From positions 1 to 58,225 of IMG/VR virus record IMGVR_UViG_3300001167_000001: 58,225 nt of DNA; one strand, 5' to 3'. The notes under the pieces were generated by a model. The model searched no databases and had not been told where the DNA came from. It worked only from the letters and a program-made list of their open reading frames with translations. The number at the start of each line of letters is the position of its first letter. Within the stretch, counting starts at the first letter, position 1. Position numbers and translations under genes: made by a program. This stretch comes from a virus. Below are positions 8,570-16,685 of this stretch, piece after piece.

Positions 8570-9840
8570 GAATGCTCCGCTTCGCCGCTCTCGCGTTCTT
8601 GCTGGCTTGCGCGCCTGCGTTGGCGCAACAGACGGCAATCCATTCTGTGCCGATCGGCAAGGGCGCCGGCAATACCGGATTCAATGCTGCAGTGCCCGGC
8701 ACGGCGGGGCAGCCGCTTGTCAGCCAAGGCCCCAGCGCGGACCCGGCTTTCGGCACGATTGCCAATAGTGGCTTTACGGCCGGCGCTGCTAACACGGTGA
8801 AAGGCAGCCTGAACGGTACAACTGTAACGGACCTTCCGTTGCCGAGCTGTACGGCTAACAATCAAGCGTGGCGGTATACGTCCGGCGTCGGCATTAATTG
8901 CGGCGCCGTCACCGCCACGGGCGGCTACGACATGCCGATCAATTTCGGCTTGTCGGCTTCCGCTTCAGGCAATGCTCTCACGATCACGTTGACGCAAGCG
9001 AGCGGCGCCGTGCCCAGCGGCGGCAGCCCGGTTATTGTGCCGTTCCGGTCCACTACGGCGGTGACGGGCACAGTAACTTTTGCAGCGATTTCCGCCACCC
9101 AGTCCATTACCATCCCAAATGGCGCGACGCTCGGTACTTCCAACGGCGTGCCGTTCCGCGTGTGGATTTTTGAGGAATACAACGGCGGTACGCCTGAATT
9201 GGCTGTAGCGACGTGCAGTAACACCACGACTGTCTTTCCGTGCGCAACTTGGGAGCACACGCTTCCGACCACCACGACCATCGGTGGGTCTTCCAACACT
9301 GCCGGCATGCTGTATGCTACTGCCGGCGTTGCCGCCGATGCCGTACGGATTGTCGGTTTTTGCAGCTTCGGCGGCGGCTTAGCCACTGCCGGCGCTTGGG
9401 CAAGTTCGTGTACGAGTTTGCAGATATTTGGCCCCGGCGTCGCGAAACCGGGTGACGTGGTGCAGGAAGTTTTTGCACAGACCGGTTCTGGCGTAGGCAA
9501 TGCCACTGGTACGTACGTGGCGTCGAACGTCACTGCTTCGATCACGCCAACGAGTGCGGTAAATCTGATTGATCTCGATCTTTCGGCCGCCGTCACAGGT
9601 GGCGCGTCGGCGGTCGTGACTTCGGTTGTCAGGCGTGGCACGCTCACGAACGTAAGTCAGTCATTCGCTCTCGGTACGGCCAGTAACATTGGAACGCCTG
9701 CCATCCCAATCGCTTTCAACGTATTGGACGCTCCCGGCGTCGTGGCGGCTACGCCGTACACGCTTTATTTCAATAATTCCAATGGCAATAATTCAACCGT
9801 ACAGTCGGGTCATGTACGCCTCAAAGAAATCATGGGGTAG
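8566..9840 (+). CDS. Signal-peptide-bearing tail-fibre-like protein (424 aa)
   Basis: MRMLRFAALAFLLACAPALA|QQ. G/T/A/S-rich beta-type composition. ATGA coupling at 8566. Confidence 0.6.
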   Translation: MRMLRFAALAFLLACAPALAQQTAIHSVPIGKGAGNTGFNAAVPGTAGQPLVSQGPSADPAFGTIANSGFTAGAANTVKGSLNGTTVTDLPLPSCTANNQAWRYTSGVGINCGAVTATGGYDMPINFGLSASASGNALTITLTQASGAVPSGGSPVIVPFRSTTAVTGTVTFAAISATQSITIPNGATLGTSNGVPFRVWIFEEYNGGTPELAVATCSNTTTVFPCATWEHTLPTTTTIGGSSNTAGMLYATAGVAADAVRIVGFCSFGGGLATAGAWASSCTSLQIFGPGVAKPGDVVQEVFAQTGSGVGNATGTYVASNVTASITPTSAVNLIDLDLSAAVTGGASAVVTSVVRRGTLTNVSQSFALGTASNIGTPAIPIAFNVLDAPGVVAATPYTLYFNNSNGNNSTVQSGHVRLKEIMG

Positions 9841-9842
9841 CG

Positions 9843-10763
9843 ATGCCGAGCTTCTACGATACCGTCATTCGCAATTCGCCTGCTTTCCGCAGCGACGCAG
9901 TTTGCAAGGACGTATCTCTTTTGGAGCCCGGCACGCGAGCGGCCGTGCTCGCGGTGCTGGCGGATGCCAAAGCGCAGAATATAGACTTGCGGCTGATGGA
10001 GACGTACCGATCGCAGACGCGGCAAGGTGCGTTATTCATGCAGCGCGTGACGCAACTCCGTACGGTTGGGTGTCATGGTTACGGCGTTGCGGCCGATTTC
10101 GGCGTGTTCGTCAATGGTAAGTACGCCGAAAATAACAAGCCGTACGTGTTTCTTCGCACCATGGCGCGCAAGCATGGTTTGATTTCCGGCCAGGATTGGG
10201 GCCGCGTTACCGAAGGTAGTTTCGTTGACAGCGGCCACGTACAGCGCGTTCCAGTGTGGCGTCAAAACGCGCTGTTCTCCGGTGCGTGGTATCCGCCGGA
10301 AGTGTACGACCCGTATCAGGACAGCGTTGCGCAGCACCCCGACGTGGTTGCAAGTCTTGGCGTGGCGGCGCCTAAGCCTGTAGCAGCGTCTAATCCAGGA
10401 CTCAATACGGGTATCGTCGCTACGGTGTTCGGCGGTGCCAAGGATTTCGAAACTAGCGCGTACGACGGAAAGCGGATCGATGATACCGTGTTAGGCGTTG
10501 CGCTGCCGTTTCATTTTGCCGAGCCGCGGCCCAAGGTTCGCGTACGTAACGGCAGCAAATCGGTTGTTGCGGACGTGGTTGACATTGGGCCGTGGAATAC
10601 GAACGATCCGTACTGGCAGGCCGAAAAACGACCGCAGGCCGAAAACGGAATCGACATGCGCGGCCGGCGCACGAACAAAGCCGGCATAGATTTGACGCCG
10701 GCTACGGCACGCACGCTTGGCATCGATGGTAAGGGCGTCGTCGATTGGGAATTTGTGGGGTAA
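9843..10763 (+). CDS. Two-domain endolysin: M15-type peptidase plus C-terminal RlpA/3D-like (DPBB) domain
   Basis: H-x6-D (CHGYGVAAD) and D-x-x-H (DSGHVQ) zinc-peptidase motifs. C-terminus VADVVDIGPW...AGIDLTPATARTLGIDGKGVVDWEF resembles DPBB lytic domains. Confidence 0.7.
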   Translation: MPSFYDTVIRNSPAFRSDAVCKDVSLLEPGTRAAVLAVLADAKAQNIDLRLMETYRSQTRQGALFMQRVTQLRTVGCHGYGVAADFGVFVNGKYAENNKPYVFLRTMARKHGLISGQDWGRVTEGSFVDSGHVQRVPVWRQNALFSGAWYPPEVYDPYQDSVAQHPDVVASLGVAAPKPVAASNPGLNTGIVATVFGGAKDFETSAYDGKRIDDTVLGVALPFHFAEPRPKVRVRNGSKSVVADVVDIGPWNTNDPYWQAEKRPQAENGIDMRGRRTNKAGIDLTPATARTLGIDGKGVVDWEFVG

Positions 10764-10765
10764 AG

Positions 10766-10963
10766 ATGGACTTGCAAGGATTGGCATCAATCGTATCTGC
10801 TATCGCCGCCACTGGCGCCGTTTGCATGAGTTGGCGTAACAGTCGTAAGATTCAGAGTGTGCATATCGATATTAATAGTCGTATGGACCAATTACTGAGC
10901 ACTACCGGATCGGCAGCTCATGCAAACGGGTTGGCAGAAGGGCGCGCAGAAGTAAAAAAATAA
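10766..10963 (+). CDS. Small single-TM protein (65 aa), holin/spanin-class candidate
   Basis: MDLQGLASIVSAIAATGAVCMSW transmembrane segment. Lies directly after the endolysin gene. Confidence 0.45.
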   Translation: MDLQGLASIVSAIAATGAVCMSWRNSRKIQSVHIDINSRMDQLLSTTGSAAHANGLAEGRAEVKK

Positions 10964-11030
10964 ATTCCATTGCCTGCTTGTCTTACGGGTGCTATGTGTA
11001 GGGCATCCATCAATGGGGACGCTTTACGCC

Positions 11031-11369
11031 ATGAACAAGACACAGCTTCAAACGACTGCCGCTTCACTCGTTGGCGTTGCGGCCGGCTACGCAGCGGGGC
11101 ACGGCTGGCTCGGCTTAGACGTAGGGGACTGGACAACGATTTTCGGTGCGGCGGCTGCCGTCGGCGCTGTTCTGTGGCCGGTCATCGCTACCCGCGCGCA
11201 ATCGCTGAAAGACACTGTGGGCAAGATGCCAGCAACTACGGTCGTGACTGATAAGGCGACTGCCGACGCGCTGCCCGACAATCCCGACGTGATCGCGGCG
11301 ACGCCGGCAATCGTCGCTGCCATCAAGCAGAGCGGCGAGGCGAGCCCCACGGGTGCAGCGGTATCTTGA
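11031..11369 (+). CDS. Two-TM membrane protein (112 aa), holin-class candidate
   Basis: Two hydrophobic segments (AASLVGVAAGYAAGHGWLGL; TIFGAAAAVGAVLWPVIA). Lies between the lysis genes and terL. Confidence 0.45.
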   Translation: MNKTQLQTTAASLVGVAAGYAAGHGWLGLDVGDWTTIFGAAAAVGAVLWPVIATRAQSLKDTVGKMPATTVVTDKATADALPDNPDVIAATPAIVAAIKQSGEASPTGAAVS

Positions 11370-12898
11370 ATTATCCTTGGGCGCCCGCAAAGACTAAAGA
11401 AGCCGTACGGGCGAAGCTCTGCGATTTCGATTACTACCGCGAAAAGTTTTTGCGCGTACGCCCGCGTGAAGGCGGCGAGCGCGTACCGTTCATTTTGAAC
11501 AGCGCACAGCGTATGTTACACGCTCGCGTCGAACGTGAGCATGAAGTATTCGGCATGGTGCGCGCTCTCATACCCAAAGCGCGTCGCATGGGCGTCAGTA
11601 CGTACATAGGCGGCCGGTATTTTCATCAAACCGCAACTAGGTTCGGCCGGCGTGCGCAAGTCGTAGCGCACCGATCGGATAGCGCCGGCAACCTGCATCG
11701 TGAAATCAAGGAATTTGCCAACGGCCTGCCGCCGCCCCTGCGTCCGTCGATCGGTGCTACGAACGCTTATGAGCTGATTTTTGACAAGCTAAAATCGCTG
11801 TATAAGGTCGCGTCCGCGGATGGCGGCGACATCGGCCGGTCTGACGACTTCCACAATCTGCATCTGTCGGAAGCGGCGTTCTTCGACAACACGGAAGATT
11901 TGTCTTCCGGTCTTTTGCAAACCGTACAGGACTTGCCGGGGACTGAGATAGCTTTGGAAAGCACCGGCAACGGCCAGTCTGGTATGTTCTACAATATGTG
12001 TGAGGAAGCCGCACGGCAGCAAAACAAAGGACCGTGGCGTGTTCATTTCCTGCCGTGGTCGATTATGCCTGAATACCGTACGGACGTGCCGCAAGGGTGG
12101 GCCGCGCCAAAGGAATTTGAAGACTACGCCAAATTGCATGGCCTGGATCGTGAACAACTCTATTGGTTTTGGAAGCACAATTACACCATCGCGATAATGA
12201 ACGGCGGTCAGCCTGAGACGATTCACCGGCTGACGCGCCAAGAGTATCCGGCCATCTATAGCGAATGTTTCATGGCCGATAGTACGCTGGACTTCTACCC
12301 GGCGTCGCTGGTCCAGGCTGCTATGACCAGCAAGCCGGCGCCTTCCGCGGGGGCGTTGAAACTGCTTTGTGTAGATCCTGCCGGCGACGGCCAGGATAAG
12401 CCCTTTGTCTGCGATCGGCAGGGCTCCGCGATCGGAGTGCGGGTGTGGGGCGAACTGGCGAGCCGCGACGCCAACGTGGCGTCTGATTGGCTTGTAGCGA
12501 CGTACCGGCGCTTCGACATGGACGCCATTTTGATAGACGGCACGGGCGGCTACGGGCGCGATTTAGTTGCCGGTTGCCGCCTGCGCATGCGGGAGTTAGG
12601 ACCGGAAAAAATCGTACCTGTCGTGTTCAGTCATGGCGCGCATAATTCCGTTATGTACGGTAATAGACGTGCGGAGTTGCACGATAAGCTGTTGCGTTGG
12701 CTTAGTGGTAAAGTATCGATGCCAAACGATAAGATGACACAAGAAGAAGCGGCGGCGTACAAGTGGGGCCAGAATGCTTGTCGGCGTGACGAAAACGCGC
12801 GGTTGTTTATGACGCCAAAAGAGAAAATTAGGAAAGAGATTGGCCGATCCCCCGATCGTTGGGATTGCTGTGCTATTTCAATGGCGATTGAGAGCTGA
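11366..12898 (+). CDS. terL: Terminase large subunit (510 aa, TTG start)
   Basis: Walker-A-like KARRMGVST, Walker B LHLSEAAF, ESTGNG. Nuclease acidic motifs LLCVDPAGDG, ILIDGTGGYG, SPDRWD. Confidence 0.85.
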   Translation: MNYPWAPAKTKEAVRAKLCDFDYYREKFLRVRPREGGERVPFILNSAQRMLHARVEREHEVFGMVRALIPKARRMGVSTYIGGRYFHQTATRFGRRAQVVAHRSDSAGNLHREIKEFANGLPPPLRPSIGATNAYELIFDKLKSLYKVASADGGDIGRSDDFHNLHLSEAAFFDNTEDLSSGLLQTVQDLPGTEIALESTGNGQSGMFYNMCEEAARQQNKGPWRVHFLPWSIMPEYRTDVPQGWAAPKEFEDYAKLHGLDREQLYWFWKHNYTIAIMNGGQPETIHRLTRQEYPAIYSECFMADSTLDFYPASLVQAAMTSKPAPSAGALKLLCVDPAGDGQDKPFVCDRQGSAIGVRVWGELASRDANVASDWLVATYRRFDMDAILIDGTGGYGRDLVAGCRLRMRELGPEKIVPVVFSHGAHNSVMYGNRRAELHDKLLRWLSGKVSMPNDKMTQEEAAAYKWGQNACRRDENARLFMTPKEKIRKEIGRSPDRWDCCAISMAIES

Positions 12899-12914
12899 CG
12901 GTAGTTTGGACGGG

Positions 12915-13019
12915 CTATCCGCCGCCGACACTCTTGGGCGGCCATTTCCAGTAGCAAAAACCACCAATCGCCATAGCCAGGGCAATCGCGGCGAGCAGAT
13001 AGAGGGGAAGAAGCGGCAT
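12915..13019 (-). CDS. Micro-ORF, 34-aa single-TM peptide
   Basis: Translated by hand as MPLLPLYLLAAIALAMAIGGFCYWKWPPKSVGGG. Lies downstream of the 13044 gene. Confidence 0.3.
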   Translation of the reverse strand: MPLLPLYLLAAIALAMAIGGFCYWKWPPKSVGGG

Positions 13020-13043
13020 GGCGGCTATAGCGGCACCTTGATT

Positions 13044-13397
13044 TCACCACTGCCACTCGGGAAAATTGTCCCGGTCCAGAGCGTGCCTGAGTCGTTTCCA
13101 ATCGATCCAACACTCGGCCAATTCTTTTTTTGTTTGCTCGCTGTAGCCGTAGACATCGTCGTATCCCGGGTAGCAGCCAGTAACGCAGTGCGGGCCGGAT
13201 ATATACTCGTCGAACTGGCGCCAGGGGTGCACGCCCATGCCCAGCGTCATGCACTTGTCGTCCGCATTTTTGATGCAGCGGCACTCCCATGGATTGGTGG
13301 GGTGCGGCCAGTGCATGATGCCGGAAGCGTTTTGCGCGTTCGCTGCAGATACGGCGGCACACAAAATTGCAATGATAGCGGTCAGTGTCGTTTTCAT
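13044..13397 (-). CDS. Secreted Cys/Trp-rich small protein (117 aa)
   Basis: GGAG SD before ATG 13397. Signal peptide MKTTLTAIIAILCAAVSAANA|Q. About 8 Cys residues. Confidence 0.6.
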   Translation of the reverse strand: MKTTLTAIIAILCAAVSAANAQNASGIMHWPHPTNPWECRCIKNADDKCMTLGMGVHPWRQFDEYISGPHCVTGCYPGYDDVYGYSEQTKKELAECWIDWKRLRHALDRDNFPEWQW

Positions 13398-13423
13398 TTC
13401 AGTTCTCCATGTTTTGTGTCGGA

Positions 13424-13669
13424 TTAATCGGTGCTGGCACGAATTGCCGCCGCGCAATCTCGACACGCTTCGTCGTAAGCAGCGTTTGTCAGCGGCGCCA
13501 CAATATCGTTTTTGCTGCTTCTCTGTTCTTCACAAAGCAACGCACATCGTTCTCGCTCAGCCACGATGATGCCGAGTGCTTGATCGATAGCGTTAACTTC
13601 CGGATCGCCTTCTCCATGCTCGTCGGCGCCGCAAAAACCCAAATTGATCAAAGCGGTGCCGAGCCGCAA
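13424..13669 (-). CDS. Hypothetical protein (81 aa; TTG start uncertain)
   Basis: ORF only. Its 5' region is partly duplicated 94 bp upstream (19-bp exact repeat at 13610..13628 and 13704..13722). Confidence 0.35.
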   Translation of the reverse strand: MRLGTALINLGFCGADEHGEGDPEVNAIDQALGIIVAERERCALLCEEQRSSKNDIVAPLTNAAYDEACRDCAAAIRASTD

Positions 13670-13821
13670 CGAGTCCGCGCTGATTATCGATGGTCACGAC
13701 ATTTTCTCCATGCTCGTCGGCGGTCAGCGCCTGAATTGTTGGACGTGACAAAGCAAGACGCTGACGACAAAGACCGCAACAACTACAAATCCAATTGCGT
13801 CTTGCATTGCGTGCTCGGCGG

Positions 13822-14034
13822 TTAGTGCGCTAAGTTCTTCTCGATTTCGTCGGTAGCGTGGATTGCGGCGTTGAGTGCGATCGGCGTAGCGCCAGCCTCC
13901 GGTAGCCTCGGTTGAGCGATCTTGAGGGCGTACATGACAGCGCGGAATATCGTTTCGTGGATCATGCGCTTACGATCCGTTGGCACCGGCAATTCAAAGT
14001 CTTTATAGTCAAAGCCGTAATGTTTGTTGCTCAT
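13822..14034 (-). CDS. Hypothetical protein (70 aa)
   Basis: ORF with protein-like composition, in the leftward operon. Confidence 0.5.
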   Translation of the reverse strand: MSNKHYGFDYKDFELPVPTDRKRMIHETIFRAVMYALKIAQPRLPEAGATPIALNAAIHATDEIEKNLAH

Positions 14035-14050
14035 GGCGACATACGTCCTG

Positions 14051-14347
14051 TTAACTGCCGCGGTTGAACACTACCACGCTTGGCGGCTTTTCCGGTGTGC
14101 CTCCGATCGTAGCGTCCCGATGTTCGACAACGGCCGCACGGACCGTGCGCAGTGTCGCTCGCGACAAATCAAGCTCCCGATGCAGGGCGTCTGTCGTTTC
14201 GCCAGCATCTTTGAGCATCGTGCGCAAGTTTTTGTTTTCGGTGTTGATTGATTTTATCGTGACATCGCGCGCTTCGATCATGGCGTGCATTTGCGCGTTT
14301 TGTTCTTCCAGTTGCAGAACGTAACGGTGGTGCTCATCGGCTGACAT
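14051..14347 (-). CDS. Coiled-coil hypothetical protein (98 aa)
   Basis: ATG 14347 within tracked ORF 14051..14386. Heptad-like charged sequence. Confidence 0.5.
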   Translation of the reverse strand: MSADEHHRYVLQLEEQNAQMHAMIEARDVTIKSINTENKNLRTMLKDAGETTDALHRELDLSRATLRTVRAAVVEHRDATIGGTPEKPPSVVVFNRGS

Positions 14348-14428
14348 AATACCCCAGCTCCGTACCTGTGTTGACCTGTGCGGCAATGTACGCTATACGC
14401 CTGTCATCGTCAACCGTACGAGGACCCC

Positions 14429-14764
14429 ATGGACACCGCCCCCGAAGACGCCGCGAAACCGCCGGAAACGACAAAGCCGAAGAAGCCCAAGGCCAAGAAG
14501 ACGGCGGCTCGCAAACCGAAGAAAAAGGCGAAGCGGCCGGCAAAACCGAAGGCTAAGACCAAAAAGCGGAAAGCCGTCAAATCGAAGAAACGGCCGACGA
14601 AGGCCAAGAAGACGGCGGCTCGCAAACCGAACGGCGACGCGCGCTCCGAACGGCTGGACATGCGTCTGACCAAAGCGCAAAAGGCCAAGATCGACGCCAA
14701 GGCGAAGAAAACCCGGCGTACGGTTACGAGTCTCGTTATCGAGGCGATCGAGAAGATCAGGTAA
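14429..14764 (+). CDS. Ribbon-helix-helix DNA-binding protein with long Lys/Pro/Ala-rich (H1-like) N-terminal tail (111 aa)
   Basis: The C-terminus RSERLDMRLTKAQKAKIDAKAKKTRRTVTSLVIEAIEKI fits a CopG/MobC-type RHH. KKTAARKP occurs twice (a DNA repeat). Confidence 0.55.
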   Translation: MDTAPEDAAKPPETTKPKKPKAKKTAARKPKKKAKRPAKPKAKTKKRKAVKSKKRPTKAKKTAARKPNGDARSERLDMRLTKAQKAKIDAKAKKTRRTVTSLVIEAIEKIR

Positions 14765-14770
14765 AAACAG

Positions 14771-14796
14771 GAAGGGCCTCATTTCTGAGGCCCTTC
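14771..14796 (-). terminator. Rho-independent terminator of the OMP gene (perfect 11-bp stem)
   Basis: GAAGGGCCTCA-tttc-TGAGGCCCTTC. On the minus strand it is followed by CTGTTTTTAC. Confidence 0.7.
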
Positions 14797-14818
14797 CCTT
14801 ACTCGTTGCCGGGGTGGG

Positions 14819-15628
14819 TTAGAAGCCCCGCAGGATCGTAACACCAGTCAGATATGTGGTGCCCATGAGCGCACCCGCGCCGGTCGTCAGCGGCGTACCG
14901 TTGGCCGCGAACACGTTGTTAAGCGTCGTGCCCTTGTTGGCCCAGCTTACCGACGCCCACAGATCGATTCCGCCGCCGTTCGTCTTGCCGTCCGCGCCCA
15001 TTGTGGGGAACACGAATCCGGTTTTGATACCCGGCGCGATGCCGACGCGAACGCCGTGCGCGGCACCGAAATTGCCGTCGATGCCGAACTCGCGCACGAC
15101 CGCGCCGAAATACTGCTTCGGCACGCCGACTTGGATATTCGCGGGAAGCTGCGGCGTGAAGGTGGGAAAGTTGATCGTCCCGTTGGCCTGGATCGCGGAC
15201 ATGATGTAGGTCACCACGTCGGCGCCGACATCGAACTCCTGCTCGGCTGCCCAGCGGCTTGCGACGCTGGCGCTGTTGCCCGGTACCGTGATGCCGCCTT
15301 GGATGTTCTGGTAGTCGGCATCGGCCTGAACGCGCCACCAATTACCGAAACCGACCAGCGCGGTTGAGCCGTGCTGGTAGCCGCCGACGACGGAAACGCC
15401 CGCGCCATCGGCTGTCAGATTGCTCGATACGAGGCTCGTGACGAACAGGTTGTTGCCGGACACGCTCGATTGCGCGACGCCGGCATAGGTGCCCACGCCC
15501 CAATAGAAGCCCGAGGCGGCGGCAGTGAATGGAACGGGTGGCTGTGCTTTCACCGCCATGTCCGCGGCAAACGCACTGATGGGCAGCGTCAGGGCTGCCA
15601 GCACCGAAAGAAACGCGATCTTGCGCAT
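14819..15628 (-). CDS. Outer-membrane beta-barrel protein (Omp25/porin-family-like), phage moron
   Basis: Signal peptide MRKIAFLSVLAALTLPISAFA|AD. Alternating aromatic/Gly beta-strand pattern and a C-terminal ...TILRGF (terminal Phe). It has its own terminator. Confidence 0.7.
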   Translation of the reverse strand: MRKIAFLSVLAALTLPISAFAADMAVKAQPPVPFTAAASGFYWGVGTYAGVAQSSVSGNNLFVTSLVSSNLTADGAGVSVVGGYQHGSTALVGFGNWWRVQADADYQNIQGGITVPGNSASVASRWAAEQEFDVGADVVTYIMSAIQANGTINFPTFTPQLPANIQVGVPKQYFGAVVREFGIDGNFGAAHGVRVGIAPGIKTGFVFPTMGADGKTNGGGIDLWASVSWANKGTTLNNVFAANGTPLTTGAGALMGTTYLTGVTILRGF

Positions 15629-15714
15629 GTGAGTCCCCTATTATCGGGCGAAATGCCCGACACGGACTGTACGCCTGTTAGGTGTGCTTTGCGTGCAACA
15701 CTGGCAGATAATCG

Positions 15715-15957
15715 TTACCGGCCGGTTACGGCTCGATATGCTTCGATACAGTAGTTTGGGAGCTGGCCACCGTGGTAGCGTCCTACGCACTCCATCCAAA
15801 CTTGCCACGCCGTACGCCCCTGCGCGCTGGCGTAGTCCGCCAGTCCAAGTAGAATGCCAATCGTCAGCCCCGCCAGTATGGCAAGAATGACCATCGCGCG
15901 GTAGCTCGGCCCAGTGTACGGGCGTCCGTCGCCTGCGTAATGATGCTCACTAACCAT
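15715..15957 (-). CDS. Small membrane protein (80 aa)
   Basis: ATG 15957 within tracked ORF. TM segment AMVILAILAGLTIGILLGLA. Confidence 0.45.
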   Translation of the reverse strand: MVSEHHYAGDGRPYTGPSYRAMVILAILAGLTIGILLGLADYASAQGRTAWQVWMECVGRYHGGQLPNYCIEAYRAVTGR

Positions 15958-15961
15958 GTGA

Positions 15962-16513
15962 TTACCCCGTCTTGATGCGGAAACCGGCGCCCGTAAACTG
16001 GCCTTTGGTGCCGTCCTTAGCGTCCACATTGTTCGTGTACTTGCCCGATAAATCTTTGTTACTTGGGTCCATGCCGGCGTACAGACTGGCGAGCTGAATG
16101 CGGTAGCGCTTGCGGATATGCTCGCCAACGGCCTTCGGGCGCGCGACCAAGATCGGGCGGAACGCCCTGCCTTCTTTGTCCGTACCGGCGACAAGATCGC
16201 GGAACAGCGCCGACATTTCCGGATCCGTGACTTCCCGAAAACCTTTGTTATGGGCGTCCGCGATTTCGTGCGGGATGCTGTTGATGATTCGGAACTCGTA
16301 TTGCGGGTACTTTTCCTTATTTGGAATGAACAGCTTTAGCGGCCGATCAAGCGTCAGGTTTTTTATGATTTCGTCAACGTCCAGCGCTTCCTTGAATGGT
16401 GACGCGCTCGCCATGGCATCGCCGGCAGTTTGCGGCTCGGGAACGCCGGGCGGTGGATTTGGCTTCAGCGCGTCGGGGATGCCGCTGAATGGATTTGTCG
16501 GGTCGTTGTTCAT
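15962..16513 (-). CDS. Hypothetical head-module protein (183 aa)
   Basis: ORF lies in the portal-scaffold operon. No motif recognised. Confidence 0.5.
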   Translation of the reverse strand: MNNDPTNPFSGIPDALKPNPPPGVPEPQTAGDAMASASPFKEALDVDEIIKNLTLDRPLKLFIPNKEKYPQYEFRIINSIPHEIADAHNKGFREVTDPEMSALFRDLVAGTDKEGRAFRPILVARPKAVGEHIRKRYRIQLASLYAGMDPSNKDLSGKYTNNVDAKDGTKGQFTGAGFRIKTG

Positions 16514-16516
16514 GGC

Positions 16517-16684
16517 TTAGTCTTTCAGGTTTTCGGCGACGTGTTTCAGAGAGGCGAGCGCGTCATTAATAGTCTGCAAAAGAGCCGCCTCTGTAGAATT
16601 GCCGAAGTCGCAGGCATCGTGCGGATCGGCTAGCGTGTTGACCGCCTCCGACAACCACTCGCGAGCTTTCTTAACGTCCGCCAT
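16517..16684 (-). CDS. Hypothetical small protein (55 aa)
   Basis: ATG 16684 lies 1 nt after the upstream stop. Helical composition. Confidence 0.4.
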   Translation of the reverse strand: MADVKKAREWLSEAVNTLADPHDACDFGNSTEAALLQTINDALASLKHVAENLKD

Positions 16685-16685
16685 T

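Noticed and set aside
13610-13722. 19-bp exact direct repeat TTCTCCATGCTCGTCGGCG (13610..13628 and 13704..13722), encoding ADEHGE twice on the minus strand
   Set aside because: It looks like a partial tandem duplication of the 5' end of the 13424..13669 gene, with the copies out of frame (94-bp spacing). I could infer no function and noted it only as a possible decayed duplication.
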